This document shows, piece by piece, positions 19,484 through 30,149 of a DNA stretch of 64,000 nt. Every line of letters begins with the position of its first letter. The first letter of the stretch is position 1. Made by a program: the position numbers and the translations under genes. The notes below the pieces were generated by a model, which did no database searches, was not told where the DNA came from, and saw nothing but the letters and a program-made list of their open reading frames with translations. The stretch is taken from assembly GCA_945889315.1 (NCBI GenBank), contig CAMDBP010000006.1:246-64245 (forward strand), given 5' to 3'. The stretch comes from Chitinophaga pinensis. GTDB lineage: Bacteria > Bacteroidota > Bacteroidia > NS11-12g > UBA9320.

Positions 19484-20887
19484 TTATCTCAACTCTAATA
19501 GCACTACATTTTCGGCATGATGTGTTTGTGGGAACATATCTACCGCTTGGCTTTTTACCACCTTATATTTAGCATCTAACATCTCTAAATCTCTAGCTTG
19601 TGTAGCTGGGTTACAGCTTACATATACGATTTTCGGTGCTGCTACGTATGCAAGATAATCGACCACTTTAGGATGCATTCCGCTTCGAGGTGGATCGGTA
19701 ATGATAATGTCTGGCTTACCATGTGCAGTATAAAAGCGCTCATTGAATACATCTTTCATATCTCCCGCTAAAAACTCTGTATTGGTAATTCCGTTCAGTT
19801 TAGCATTGGCAATAGCCGCTTCAATCGCTTCTTCTACAATCTCTACTCCTACTGCTTTTTTAGCCTTGGTAGCTGCCACACATGTAATGGTGCCTGTACC
19901 ACAATATAAGTCATACACTACATCCATAGGCTGAATATCTGCAAATTCGATAGCTACATTGTATAATTTTTCAGCTTGAACTGGATTGGTTTGAAAAAAG
20001 GATTTTGGAGATATGTTGAACGTTAATCCGCACAGCTCTTCTTGAATATCCGTATCTCCGCTATAATTGATAAACTCTTGGTCAAACGTACTATCGTTCA
20101 TCTTTTCATTAATACAGTAATTCAATGCTTTAGGGGAAAACTTATCGTGTATCGCTTGCATCAATTTCTGGATGTTTTGATCTTCGTTTTTAGCAAAAAC
20201 GACATTAATCATCCAATCGCCTGATTTGGTATTGCGCAACATTAAATTACGCATGAGGCCTGTATGTTCTTTCAAATCATAAAAAGACAACTCATTTTCA
20301 ATACAGTAATCATAAACAAAGTTTCTAATCTGATTACCCATGTCATCTTGCAACCAGCATTTTACGATAGGAAGCACCTTATCAAACCTACCCGGAGCAT
20401 GAAAACCGAGTGCATTGGTATGTGGTAAATCTTCTATGTTCTCTCCGTCATACAGCCAGCGCTTATTGCTAAAGGTATACTCCATCTTATTGCGATAGAA
20501 CTGTTGTTCTTTTGCTGCGATAATGGGTAATGTCTCTGCAACTTCTACTTTGCCTATTCGTTGCAAGCAATCTTGAGCCCAAGTATCTTTTAGTTCAGCT
20601 TGCGCTTTGTAGTCTATGTGTTGCCATTTACATCCACCGCAAACGCCATAATGCTCACAAAAAGGTTTCACTCTCAGTTCAGACTCCTTGTGCATAGCCG
20701 TAATATTTGCCAAACTAAATCGTTTTTTACGACTTACTATTTGCACGTCTACAATATCTCCTGGCGCTCCGTATTTGACGAATATAACCTTTCCATCTAC
20801 CTTGGCTAGAGCATGCCCTTCGCCCCCGGCACTAAGCAATTCTACATTCGAAAAATGTACTTGCTTATCTTTTTTTCTTCTTCCCAA
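19484..20887 (-). CDS. rlmD: 23S rRNA (uracil-C5)-methyltransferase, RlmD/RumA family
   Basis: The 467-aa ORF has a TRAM-like N-terminus and an Fe-S cysteine cluster (CEHYGVCGGCKWQH). A SAM motif (DLYCGTGT) and the catalytic VYVSCNPATQARD follow. Confidence 0.85.
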   Translation of the reverse strand: MGRRKKDKQVHFSNVELLSAGGEGHALAKVDGKVIFVKYGAPGDIVDVQIVSRKKRFSLANITAMHKESELRVKPFCEHYGVCGGCKWQHIDYKAQAELKDTWAQDCLQRIGKVEVAETLPIIAAKEQQFYRNKMEYTFSNKRWLYDGENIEDLPHTNALGFHAPGRFDKVLPIVKCWLQDDMGNQIRNFVYDYCIENELSFYDLKEHTGLMRNLMLRNTKSGDWMINVVFAKNEDQNIQKLMQAIHDKFSPKALNYCINEKMNDSTFDQEFINYSGDTDIQEELCGLTFNISPKSFFQTNPVQAEKLYNVAIEFADIQPMDVVYDLYCGTGTITCVAATKAKKAVGVEIVEEAIEAAIANAKLNGITNTEFLAGDMKDVFNERFYTAHGKPDIIITDPPRSGMHPKVVDYLAYVAAPKIVYVSCNPATQARDLEMLDAKYKVVKSQAVDMFPQTHHAENVVLLELR

Positions 20888-20892
20888 TTTAT

Positions 20893-21378
20893 TTAAGGTG
20901 TTTTTACAACAGATTTTTGATATTGCTCTAAATCATCAAGCGTAGTATTAAATGCAGATACGTCTTGATATCCTGGCACTTGAAACATTTTTTTGTTTTG
21001 AGGCACAAAGAAAAAGAACGTCGGATAACCCGATGGATTATTGTTAGAAAGTGCCATAAGTAACTGTTCACCCGTTACGGAATCTCCAGACCCAATATCG
21101 TATTTGAGTGGTAATTCTGGATTAAATTTAATAGCGATATACTTTTCATTGATGCGTTGAATAATGGTATCATTACTAAACGTTTTTTTATCCATTACCT
21201 TACACCAACCACACCATTCTGTATAGCAATCTATGACCGCTATTTTACCTTCTGCTTGTGCTTGCTTAAATCCTGTATTAAAATCAACCCAATTAATTTT
21301 ATCATTTTTATGGTCTTCTGCGCAAGTAGCGCCAAGAATTAATGGAATAACAAACAGAAATTTTAATGATCTCAACAT
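20893..21378 (-). CDS. exported thioredoxin-fold protein
   Basis: The 161-aa ORF has a signal peptide and the CxxC active site YTEWCGWCKVMD. Confidence 0.75.
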   Translation of the reverse strand: MLRSLKFLFVIPLILGATCAEDHKNDKINWVDFNTGFKQAQAEGKIAVIDCYTEWCGWCKVMDKKTFSNDTIIQRINEKYIAIKFNPELPLKYDIGSGDSVTGEQLLMALSNNNPSGYPTFFFFVPQNKKMFQVPGYQDVSAFNTTLDDLEQYQKSVVKTP

Positions 21379-21642
21379 TTAAGTGCGCGAAAATAACGTA
21401 AACTACACTGTTTCATTTACACAATACTGAAATTTACAACAGCATGAAGTAAAATAGCCTCAAATCAATAGACGCGAGCGGTATTAAGCAGTAATCTAGG
21501 AAGGAAGCCTGACAAAATCGCCCTAATTATGACCTGATTGGAAAATGCAGACATGACTAAATTTTGACCAACTTCACCCCTATAGAAACACTTGGGCAAA
21601 GCAACAATTGCCTTATCTTCGCGTTAATTACGACATCCGACC

Positions 21643-24600
21643 TTGACACCAAACGCATTAATAGAACGACTGGAAACCTTCATCAAGAAGTACTACCAAA
21701 ACCAACTTCTAAAGGGTGTTATTTTAAGTATTTCACTAATGGTCATTCTCTTTTTTGCTATTAGTTTTTTTGAATATTGGGGTAGATTTAGCATATCAAC
21801 TCGTACTTCCCTTTTCTTTATTTTCCTTGCACTGTGCATAGCCGTTTTAACTTGGTACATTATTCGACCTGTTTTGGGATTGATTAACGTTAACAGGCAA
21901 TTTGGCATACGCGAAGCATCTATGCTTATAGGAAATCACTTTCCTGAGGTAAAAGACAAATTACTAAACACCCTACAACTACAAGAAAGTGCTAAAAACA
22001 TTGACCATTCATTATTAATAGCCAGTATTGAACAGCGCACTGTCGAGCTTAAACCTATTCCTTTTAGTAATGCTATACCCTTCCAAGAAAACATCAAGTA
22101 TGTAAAATTTGCATTTCTACCCGCCGTTGCGTTGGTATTTATACTTTTGGTAAGCCCTGGTTTTAAGAAGAGTAGTGAGCGATTTGTGCACTTCGGTACG
22201 CACTTTGAAATCGAAGCGCCATTTATCTTTACGAGCAATTTAAACAATTTACAGGCTATCCAAAATCAGACCATAGACATTCCTCTGAGTATAGAAGGCA
22301 ACAAAATACCACAAGACGCTTATATTCATGTTGGCAACCAACGGTATAAAATGCAGGGCGTGACCAATGGGAAGTTCAGCTATACCCTTAGCAACATTCA
22401 AAAAACGGAGCGTATCTTTTTTGAAGCAGGCGGTTTTAGTAGTAAGGAATACGAACTAGAGGTTTTACTTAAGCCGAGCATAGTTGGATACAGTGCCACT
22501 ATTACCTATCCCGCATACTTGGGACTTCCCAGTGAAACAGTCCGTAATATTGGAGAATTAAATGTGCCACAAGGCACTGTTATACAATGGACCTTTAATA
22601 CCAAAAATGTGAAAGGACTCCATATCGCTCCTGAAGGATCTACCTTAACACCAGCTTCCAATAAAATCTCTTTTGCACGTAAATTTATGAAATCTACGGT
22701 GGTAAAAGTACAGACTCTAAATGAATCAGTGGCACTAGGTGACTCTATTTCATACCAAATAAACGTAACACCTGACGAGTATCCACAGATAGCCGTAGAG
22801 AAAAAGGAAGACAGTTTAAGCCAAAAGATTTATTACTTTTTGGGAGACATAAGCGATGATAACGGTTTTAGTAAGCTTACCTTTCATTACCGATTCACTA
22901 AATCATCAAAAGCAGAAAACAAAGAAAAATCAGGCGTGATGCCTGTGGGACTTACTAAAAAAATAACTACTCAAAACTTTTACCACTATTGGAATCTAAA
23001 TCTTGTTGATGTACAGGCCGAGGATGAGATAGAGTACTTTTTTACGGTATGGGATAATGATGGAGTAAATGGCGCTAAAGCTACCAAATCAGAAGTTCGC
23101 ACCTATAAAGCCCCTTCGCTTAAGGAGTTAAAAGAAAAAACGGAAGAAGCCAATAAAGAGATAAAAAGTGCAATGGCAGGTGCGCAAGCAGATGCCAAGC
23201 AGATGGAGAAGGAGATAAACAGTATTGAAAAAATGCTGACTGAAAAGAAAAACCTAGATTGGAACGACAAGAAAAAAATTCAGGATTTACTCGACAAACA
23301 AAAAGAACTTGAACAGAAAATAAAAAACTCATTTGATAAAAATCTAGAAAAGAATCTCAAAGAAGAAGAGTTTAATCCTATTCAAGAAGACTTGCTCCAA
23401 AAACAAAAAGAACTTGAAAAGCTAATGGATCAAGTGCTAGATGAAGACACCCGTAAACTCATGGAGAAGATCGAAAAACTGCTTCAAGAAAACCGTAAGG
23501 ATGAGCTTAAGGAAGCCCTTGATCAATTTAAATTTAACGAGAAGGAAATGAGCAAAGAAATGGATAGAATGCTCGAACTTTTTAAAGAATTAGAATTAGA
23601 GAAAAAGCTAAACGAAACCATCGATAAGTTAAACGTGCTCGCTCAAAAAGAAAAAGAGCTGAGTGATAAATCAGAAAAAGAAAAAGGCAAAAATGAAGAT
23701 ATAGCCAAAGAGCAAGAGAAGATAAAAAAAGAGTTTGAAGAAGTCAAAAAAGACTTACAAGACATCCAGAAAAAAAATAATAATCTTGAAAGTCCAATGG
23801 ACTTACCCCCTAAAGATGAAAAGGCACAAAAGGCGAGTGATAAACTAAATGAGGCTCAGCAAAAACAAGGCAAGGGCAAAAACAAAGAAGCCGCTGAAGA
23901 TATGGATGATGCGGCAGAAAAAATGAAGGAAATGGCAGAAGAGATGCAAGAGGAGATGGAAGAAGCCATAGAAGAACAGCAAGAAGAAGACTACAATAAT
24001 CTTCGTCAGATTCTTGAAAACTTAGTTCAACTTTCATTTAATCAAGAAAAAGTAATGACGGGTTTTAAGGAAAATCAAAATTATAATCCGAAATACATTG
24101 AACTACGACAGAGCCAACGAAAAATAAAGGACGAAACCAAAATGGTGGAAGACTCTTTACTAGCACTCAGTAAACGAAATATTCAGATACAATCCTTTGT
24201 AAACGAGGAGATAGCCAAGGTAAACCAAAATCTAGATAAATCATTGGCTTATCTCGGAGAGCGAACTACAGACTACGCGCTGGTTCATCAGCAGTATGCC
24301 ATGACGGGTTACAACAATCTTGCACTTATGCTAAGTGAGTCGCTTAAACAAATGCAAGAGCAAATGAAGGCCCAAAAACAAAACAAAGGCAAACCAAAAT
24401 CAGAGTGCAAAAAGCCCGGAGGAAATCCCAAAGACGGCAAGAATAAAAAACCAAGCGCTGGTGCCATAAAAAAAATGCAAGATGATTTAGCCAAACAAAT
24501 GAAACAGCTAGAAGAAGGTCAGAAGCAAGGTAAAGGAAAACCCGGAAGCAAAGAATTTGCTGAGATGGCTGCACAACAAGCTGCCATACGCCAAAAACTA

Positions 24601-24963
24601 CAGGACCTAAAACGTCAACTCGACAAAGAAGGTAAAGGAGGTAGTCTTGGAAATCTTAAGAAGACAGAGGACTTAATGGATGAGTTAGAAAAAGACCTGT
24701 ATTACAAGAAATTGAATGCGGAAACATTCAAAAAAATGGATTTACTCCAGATTAAGTTGAGTGAGCACGAAAAAGCAGAACGAGAGCAAGAACAAGACAA
24801 TAAGCGCACGAGTAACCAAGGACTAGACAATCCTCGCCCTATTCCGCCAAACATACAGAAATATCTGGACGAAAAGAAAAAAGAAACCGAACTTTTACAA
24901 AGTGTATCGCCCGAGTTGCAACCTTATTACCAGGGTAAGGTGAAGCGTTATTTTGGTAATTAA
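21643..24963 (+). CDS. large membrane-anchored coiled-coil protein, DUF4175-like
   Basis: The 1106-aa ORF has a TTG start, the first possible start after an in-frame TAA. Two N-terminal TM helices and a globular middle region are present. A K/E/Q-rich coiled-coil or low-complexity region of about 550 aa follows. The family assignment is from memory of the architecture, not from a search. Confidence 0.55.
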   Translation: MTPNALIERLETFIKKYYQNQLLKGVILSISLMVILFFAISFFEYWGRFSISTRTSLFFIFLALCIAVLTWYIIRPVLGLINVNRQFGIREASMLIGNHFPEVKDKLLNTLQLQESAKNIDHSLLIASIEQRTVELKPIPFSNAIPFQENIKYVKFAFLPAVALVFILLVSPGFKKSSERFVHFGTHFEIEAPFIFTSNLNNLQAIQNQTIDIPLSIEGNKIPQDAYIHVGNQRYKMQGVTNGKFSYTLSNIQKTERIFFEAGGFSSKEYELEVLLKPSIVGYSATITYPAYLGLPSETVRNIGELNVPQGTVIQWTFNTKNVKGLHIAPEGSTLTPASNKISFARKFMKSTVVKVQTLNESVALGDSISYQINVTPDEYPQIAVEKKEDSLSQKIYYFLGDISDDNGFSKLTFHYRFTKSSKAENKEKSGVMPVGLTKKITTQNFYHYWNLNLVDVQAEDEIEYFFTVWDNDGVNGAKATKSEVRTYKAPSLKELKEKTEEANKEIKSAMAGAQADAKQMEKEINSIEKMLTEKKNLDWNDKKKIQDLLDKQKELEQKIKNSFDKNLEKNLKEEEFNPIQEDLLQKQKELEKLMDQVLDEDTRKLMEKIEKLLQENRKDELKEALDQFKFNEKEMSKEMDRMLELFKELELEKKLNETIDKLNVLAQKEKELSDKSEKEKGKNEDIAKEQEKIKKEFEEVKKDLQDIQKKNNNLESPMDLPPKDEKAQKASDKLNEAQQKQGKGKNKEAAEDMDDAAEKMKEMAEEMQEEMEEAIEEQQEEDYNNLRQILENLVQLSFNQEKVMTGFKENQNYNPKYIELRQSQRKIKDETKMVEDSLLALSKRNIQIQSFVNEEIAKVNQNLDKSLAYLGERTTDYALVHQQYAMTGYNNLALMLSESLKQMQEQMKAQKQNKGKPKSECKKPGGNPKDGKNKKPSAGAIKKMQDDLAKQMKQLEEGQKQGKGKPGSKEFAEMAAQQAAIRQKLQDLKRQLDKEGKGGSLGNLKKTEDLMDELEKDLYYKKLNAETFKKMDLLQIKLSEHEKAEREQEQDNKRTSNQGLDNPRPIPPNIQKYLDEKKKETELLQSVSPELQPYYQGKVKRYFGN

Positions 24964-25092
24964 CACAGACACTTTTCTGAGACGAGAATAAAAGAAGATT
25001 AGGATACAGCTTAATTCTATTTTTTAATCGTAATTTGAAAGTTCGAACCATATAGTGAATTTAACTATAAGTCGGATTAACTGAAATATACC

Positions 25093-26709
25093 ATGCCAAA
25101 AAACATTACCCTAATTTGCTTCTTTGCCCTATTCGCATCAACCTCATTTGCTCAAACTCTTCAAGATAACTTTGAGGGAACTGGGAATGTTACCACTTGG
25201 TTTGGTGACGATTGTAATATTAACAATGCATTTATAAATCCTTTTCCTTCAGGGATTAATACCTCTGCTACTGTTTTAAAATACGACGATCAAGGTGGGT
25301 TATATTCCAATGTTAGACTGGATGTAAGTAAAAATTTCAACATGAATTCTCATTCACGTTTCTCGTTTAAACTCTACGTACCTTCAAACGGAATAAGTGG
25401 CAATCAAACCAATCAAGTATCGCTCAAATTACAAAATGGGCAGCTAGCAAGTCCTTGGGCTACTCAGTGTGAAATCATAAAAACCGTGAAACTGAACCAA
25501 TGGCAAGAGATTACCGTTGATTTCAACAACGATATATACATAAATCTTGATGTAAATTCTCCTTCCCCGACCCAACGCTCTGACTTCAATAGGGTGTTAA
25601 TTCAACTAAACGGAGAGAATAATAATGATAAAGTAGTAGCGTATATTGATGATTTCTTGCACCAAGACACGATCATAATTGCACCTGTTTTTAATAAATT
25701 AGTGTGGTCAGATGAGTTCGACGAAGATGGGGCTATAGATGACACCAAATGGTTTCACCAAACCAAATTACCGGCAGGCGGAAGTTGGTACAACGGAGAA
25801 ATTCAACATTACACTAATCAAGATTCTAACGCCTATGTAAGTAATGGAATGCTTCACCTTGTGGCGCGTAAAGAAACCTTTACAGACCAAGGCATTACAA
25901 AGACACACACTTCGGCTAGATTAAACTCAAAGTATGTATTTACAAATGGTCGCGTAGAGGTTCGGGCAAAACTACCCTTAGGTGTGGGCACATGGCCAGC
26001 GATCTGGACGCTTGGACAAAATATCGCCGAAAAAGGTGCCTACTGGGAACAGCAAGGCTATGGCAAAGTGGGCTGGCCCGCTTGTGGCGAAATTGATATT
26101 ATGGAACATTGGGGAAACAATCAAAACTATATTTCAAGTGCTACACACACACCTTCTAGCTATGGAAATACGATAAATGTCGCCGGCCAAGTTATACCTA
26201 CAACATCCACTGAATTTCATATTTATGCACTAGAATGGACCAAGGATAAACTCGTATTTAGCGTAGATAGTGTCGTACATTTCATCTACAATCCTGATGT
26301 AAAAAATACAAGCACTTGGCCGTATATAGATCCACAGTACATTTTACTCAACATTGCATTACAGTCGAGTATATCCCCCAATTTCACAAGAGGGTCTATG
26401 GACATAGATTATGTACGCATCTATGAAGAAGGCACCAATTCTGTAGAACCTAAACTAGCTACTCGCACACCATTTTTCTATCCTAACCCCGTACTGAACA
26501 CGCTTACCATTCAACTTAACAATCTTATTGAACAGCTGGCTATTGTAAAGATATATAGCGCAGATGGTCAATTAATAATTACCGATACAATACTTGCCAC
26601 TCAAAACAAGTTAGAAGTCAATCAATTAAACCGACTACCTAGTGGGGTATATTTCGCAGATTTTTCACTAAATAATGTAGACTATAAATTGAAATTTATT
26701 AAGCAATAA
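25093..26709 (+). CDS. secreted glycoside hydrolase family 16 (beta-glucanase/laminarinase-like) with T9SS C-terminal sorting domain
   Basis: The ORF has a signal peptide and an N-terminal CBM-like domain. The GH16 catalytic motif is GEIDIMEH (ExDxxE). The C-terminal type-A sorting domain is FFYPNPVLNTLTIQ...SGVYFADF...KLKFIKQ. Confidence 0.85.
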   Translation: MPKNITLICFFALFASTSFAQTLQDNFEGTGNVTTWFGDDCNINNAFINPFPSGINTSATVLKYDDQGGLYSNVRLDVSKNFNMNSHSRFSFKLYVPSNGISGNQTNQVSLKLQNGQLASPWATQCEIIKTVKLNQWQEITVDFNNDIYINLDVNSPSPTQRSDFNRVLIQLNGENNNDKVVAYIDDFLHQDTIIIAPVFNKLVWSDEFDEDGAIDDTKWFHQTKLPAGGSWYNGEIQHYTNQDSNAYVSNGMLHLVARKETFTDQGITKTHTSARLNSKYVFTNGRVEVRAKLPLGVGTWPAIWTLGQNIAEKGAYWEQQGYGKVGWPACGEIDIMEHWGNNQNYISSATHTPSSYGNTINVAGQVIPTTSTEFHIYALEWTKDKLVFSVDSVVHFIYNPDVKNTSTWPYIDPQYILLNIALQSSISPNFTRGSMDIDYVRIYEEGTNSVEPKLATRTPFFYPNPVLNTLTIQLNNLIEQLAIVKIYSADGQLIITDTILATQNKLEVNQLNRLPSGVYFADFSLNNVDYKLKFIKQ

Positions 26710-26880
26710 GGAGTTTAAACCAAAATACTAAACACTTACTTGTTTCAAAGGCGGACTATTATTCTGCCTTTGATCAATTTATAAGCTCCTAATCATTGCC
26801 AACTTTGGCAAATCATTATTGCTTATCTGCGACTAGACCTTTTAATTAATTTCCTATTTTCGTGGTTACTATATATTATT

Positions 26881-29800
26881 ATGCGTTCTAAAAAAAACCT
26901 CCTTCCCATTGGTATAATCCTATTCGCAAGTATATCTGCATTTGCACAGCAAGCAGTGCCTTACAAAGAAATGATGGATGATAATTCCTATAATTTTTAT
27001 GAGGTGGTAGATGCTGCCAACGCTTACTTTGACGCCAACGGAAGGATAAAAGGAAGCGGTTGGAAAAATTTTGAACGTTGGAAAGCTGAAAACGAAAGTA
27101 AGTTTTATCCATCCGGAGATAGATCCAACGTAGATTTTTACGGGGTAACTAAAAACTATACCGAAATTGCAAACCAAGCACACAATCTTAAAACCAAAGC
27201 ATCATTTACTGACGGCTGGGTAGAATTAGGCCCATGGAGCGCTAACAACATAACCTCTCATTACTCACCAGGCATTGGACGTGTGCAAGATTTTTGGGTA
27301 AACCCCAACAATACCAACCAAATGTATATTGCAAGCAGTACGGGAGGATTTTGGAAATCGAATAACGGAGGTAATACCTGGCAAAACACTACCGATTTTC
27401 TACCCGCCGCAGGTGTTTTTACGTTTGATGTAAATCCAAATAATACCAATGAAATCCTAATTGCAGTCTGCCAAGGTGGATTTTTGTACACCCACGGTAT
27501 ATATAGAAGTACTGACGCAGGAGCAACTTGGACCGTCTCTAACTTTGGGCCTGCCAACTTAGGCTGGGGAGGACTTGGATCTAATGTTAGTATCACCAAA
27601 TTACGGTATCATCCCACGGTTGCCAATCAGGTATTTGTCGGGACTTCACTTGGATTATTTGTATCTACAGACAATCTTGAAACTTGGCAATCTAAATTTG
27701 GAGGTAACGTTACAGATGTAGCTTTTCATCCTACCAATACCGATATCGTTTATGTATACAACAACGCTGGAACAGATCGAAATTTACTAAAAATATCAAC
27801 CAATGGAGGAGTCAGTTTTAGCAACGCAGGAAGCTTTCCTAACAATAGTAATTCACGAATTTATATTTCTACTTCTCCAGCAGAACCAAACCACGTATAT
27901 GCAGCTTCTACCAATAACGTGTACAAATCTACCAACCAAGGAAATTCGTTTGTTGCTTTGAGTAATCCGGATGAGACTTGCTTTGCATTCTCGGTTTCTG
28001 ATCTGAACGTCAATAATATGATTTATGGCTATGTAGACCTGCAAGCGTCTACTGATGGGGGAAACACCTTTACACGGACAACATCATGGAGTAATCAGAA
28101 TAGTGCCTATATACACGCTGATATGCAAATCGCAAATTGTATAAATGGCGTATTTTATGTAGCTACCGATGGGTATTTTGCAAAAAGTACAGACAATGGC
28201 TTCACATGGACTAAGCTCAATGATGGAACCGGAATACGCGATTTTTATGCCGTGGGCACGAGCCAAGGAGATTATAGCGTGCACATGGCAGGCTCTCAAG
28301 ATAACGGAACGAGTATTTTGAATAAAGATGGCTGGCTCGAATGGAACGGAGGAGACGGAATGGAAGCATTAGTTCATCCCCTTAATCAAAATTGGATGTT
28401 AGGAAGTTGGCAATTTGGTACGCGAAGTTACACACGCGATGGAGGCCAATCGAGAAATGGAACTGGGAACCCAGAAGGAGGAAGTAGCAATGCATACTGG
28501 GAAGCTCCTTTCTTGATTAATCCGCTAAATCAAATGCAAGTACTTCATTTTGCAGATACTATCTATCAAGGAGATAAATTTGGCACAGAATGGAGTTATA
28601 AAGCAAATCCGGGTATTAATATTTTGTATGATGCTTCTATTGCAGAAACAGATTCTAATGTTATAGCAGTTGCCCGCGGAAGTTCCATAAGGCTTACCAC
28701 AAATGGAGGAACTACTTGGCAAAATATAAGTTCGGGCTTACCTGGATATTCCATCACCGACATCGCTTTCGATCCTAAAAATGCAAATACAATGGTCGTA
28801 ACTTTTAATCGCTACCAGGATGATGGCAAAAAAGTGTATATTTCTTTTGACCAAGGAAGTAGCTGGCAAAATATTACGTACAACCTAAACAACATGCCAC
28901 TACTTACCGTCGCTTTGGACCACAGTGACTCATCCTACATTTATGTGGGTGGAGAAATAGGCATTTACTATAAAAGTATAAACGGAACCGAATGGACTCT
29001 TTATAACAATAATTTGCCTAACGCTTGCGTAAAAGATCTTGAAATACACTACGGAAGTAATCGATTAAGAGCAGCAACCTACGGTAGAGGTTTATGGGAA
29101 TACACACTGGTAGGCAGAAATGATTATCCAGCTATTACACACACTTCTATTACCTCTATACCTGATGACGTTACACCTAAAAAAGGAGTAGATCAATTTG
29201 TACATGCAACCATAGCATATACCGGCACACTTACAGAGGTGAAAGCACTTTGGTCTTTGAATGACCAATCACTTACCAACGAAATTACTATGACCAACAT
29301 AGGCGGTAATAACTGGAAGAGTGCTACTCCTATCGGCAGAAAAGAATTAGGGGACATGTTGTACTTTAAAGTAATTGCTACATCTAGCCTTGGACAAAAA
29401 TCAGAAACCTATACCTTTAATTACAAAGTACATGAGTTTATTTATTGTGATGCCATAGGATCAGAGGGAACAGGTTCAGATTACATCAAAGCGGTTAACT
29501 TAAACGGTGCTACCCATACAAGTGGACAAGATTATTATGGCGACTTCACCAGTACTCGCTTTGAATTGAGCGATAATATCGCACACGAATTGGAAGTAGT
29601 AATGCAGTATAATTGGGATAGTGATTCTGTAACGGCTTGGATAGACTATAATGGAGATGCTTCATTCACTAATGACGAGCAACTTATATTTACCAAATTA
29701 GCTAATTTTAAAGCTACCGCAACTATACAAGCACCTCAAGATGTAAATTTAGATACTGATTTACGAATGAGAATACGTAGTCAGTACTACTCAAATTATA

Positions 29801-30123
29801 TGGATCCTTGTGGTGACAAATATGGCGAAGTAGAAGATTATACCGTTAAATTTATTCATTCTACTATTGATATTAAGGATATTTCAACGCTAGAGGCGTT
29901 TATTTCTCCTAACCCAAGTACAGATCGCTTCAGCGTATCGTTAGCTAAAAAGAGTGTATTCCTGCAAGTGGAAGTAATTGACATTACTGGAAAAACAGTG
30001 TTACGTGAACGCAGAGAAAATGTGAGCGATGTAGAAATTAAACATTCGCTTGCCAGTGGAACGTACATTGCCATAATCCAAACAGATAATGGTCAATCGC
30101 AGTTAAAACTAGTTGTAAAATAA
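26881..30123 (+). CDS. secreted BNR/sortilin-type beta-propeller repeat protein with GEVED domain and T9SS C-terminal sorting domain
   Basis: The 1080-aa ORF has several SxDxGxTW-type repeats (STDAGATW, STDNGFTW, TNGGTTWQNI, FDQGSSWQNI). A literal GEVEDYTV is present. The C-terminal sorting domain is ISPNPSTDRFSV...SGTYIAIIQTDNGQSQLKLVVK. Confidence 0.75.
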   Translation: MRSKKNLLPIGIILFASISAFAQQAVPYKEMMDDNSYNFYEVVDAANAYFDANGRIKGSGWKNFERWKAENESKFYPSGDRSNVDFYGVTKNYTEIANQAHNLKTKASFTDGWVELGPWSANNITSHYSPGIGRVQDFWVNPNNTNQMYIASSTGGFWKSNNGGNTWQNTTDFLPAAGVFTFDVNPNNTNEILIAVCQGGFLYTHGIYRSTDAGATWTVSNFGPANLGWGGLGSNVSITKLRYHPTVANQVFVGTSLGLFVSTDNLETWQSKFGGNVTDVAFHPTNTDIVYVYNNAGTDRNLLKISTNGGVSFSNAGSFPNNSNSRIYISTSPAEPNHVYAASTNNVYKSTNQGNSFVALSNPDETCFAFSVSDLNVNNMIYGYVDLQASTDGGNTFTRTTSWSNQNSAYIHADMQIANCINGVFYVATDGYFAKSTDNGFTWTKLNDGTGIRDFYAVGTSQGDYSVHMAGSQDNGTSILNKDGWLEWNGGDGMEALVHPLNQNWMLGSWQFGTRSYTRDGGQSRNGTGNPEGGSSNAYWEAPFLINPLNQMQVLHFADTIYQGDKFGTEWSYKANPGINILYDASIAETDSNVIAVARGSSIRLTTNGGTTWQNISSGLPGYSITDIAFDPKNANTMVVTFNRYQDDGKKVYISFDQGSSWQNITYNLNNMPLLTVALDHSDSSYIYVGGEIGIYYKSINGTEWTLYNNNLPNACVKDLEIHYGSNRLRAATYGRGLWEYTLVGRNDYPAITHTSITSIPDDVTPKKGVDQFVHATIAYTGTLTEVKALWSLNDQSLTNEITMTNIGGNNWKSATPIGRKELGDMLYFKVIATSSLGQKSETYTFNYKVHEFIYCDAIGSEGTGSDYIKAVNLNGATHTSGQDYYGDFTSTRFELSDNIAHELEVVMQYNWDSDSVTAWIDYNGDASFTNDEQLIFTKLANFKATATIQAPQDVNLDTDLRMRIRSQYYSNYMDPCGDKYGEVEDYTVKFIHSTIDIKDISTLEAFISPNPSTDRFSVSLAKKSVFLQVEVIDITGKTVLRERRENVSDVEIKHSLASGTYIAIIQTDNGQSQLKLVVK

Positions 30124-30149
30124 GGGTTAAGAAATGGCTTGCGGCAATC

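Noticed and set aside
23120-24574. Several minus-strand ORFs (23120-23332, 23810-24037, 24309-24494, 24344-24574).
   Set aside because: They are artefacts of the purine-rich K/E-coding strand of the 1106-aa gene. Their products are Phe/Leu/Ser-rich nonsense.
26745-26772. A hairpin, AAAGGCGG/CTGCCTTT, after the GH16 gene as a possible terminator. A second small hairpin, TTGCCA-actt-TGGCAA, lies nearby.
   Set aside because: No T-run follows either hairpin. The evidence is too weak for a terminator call.
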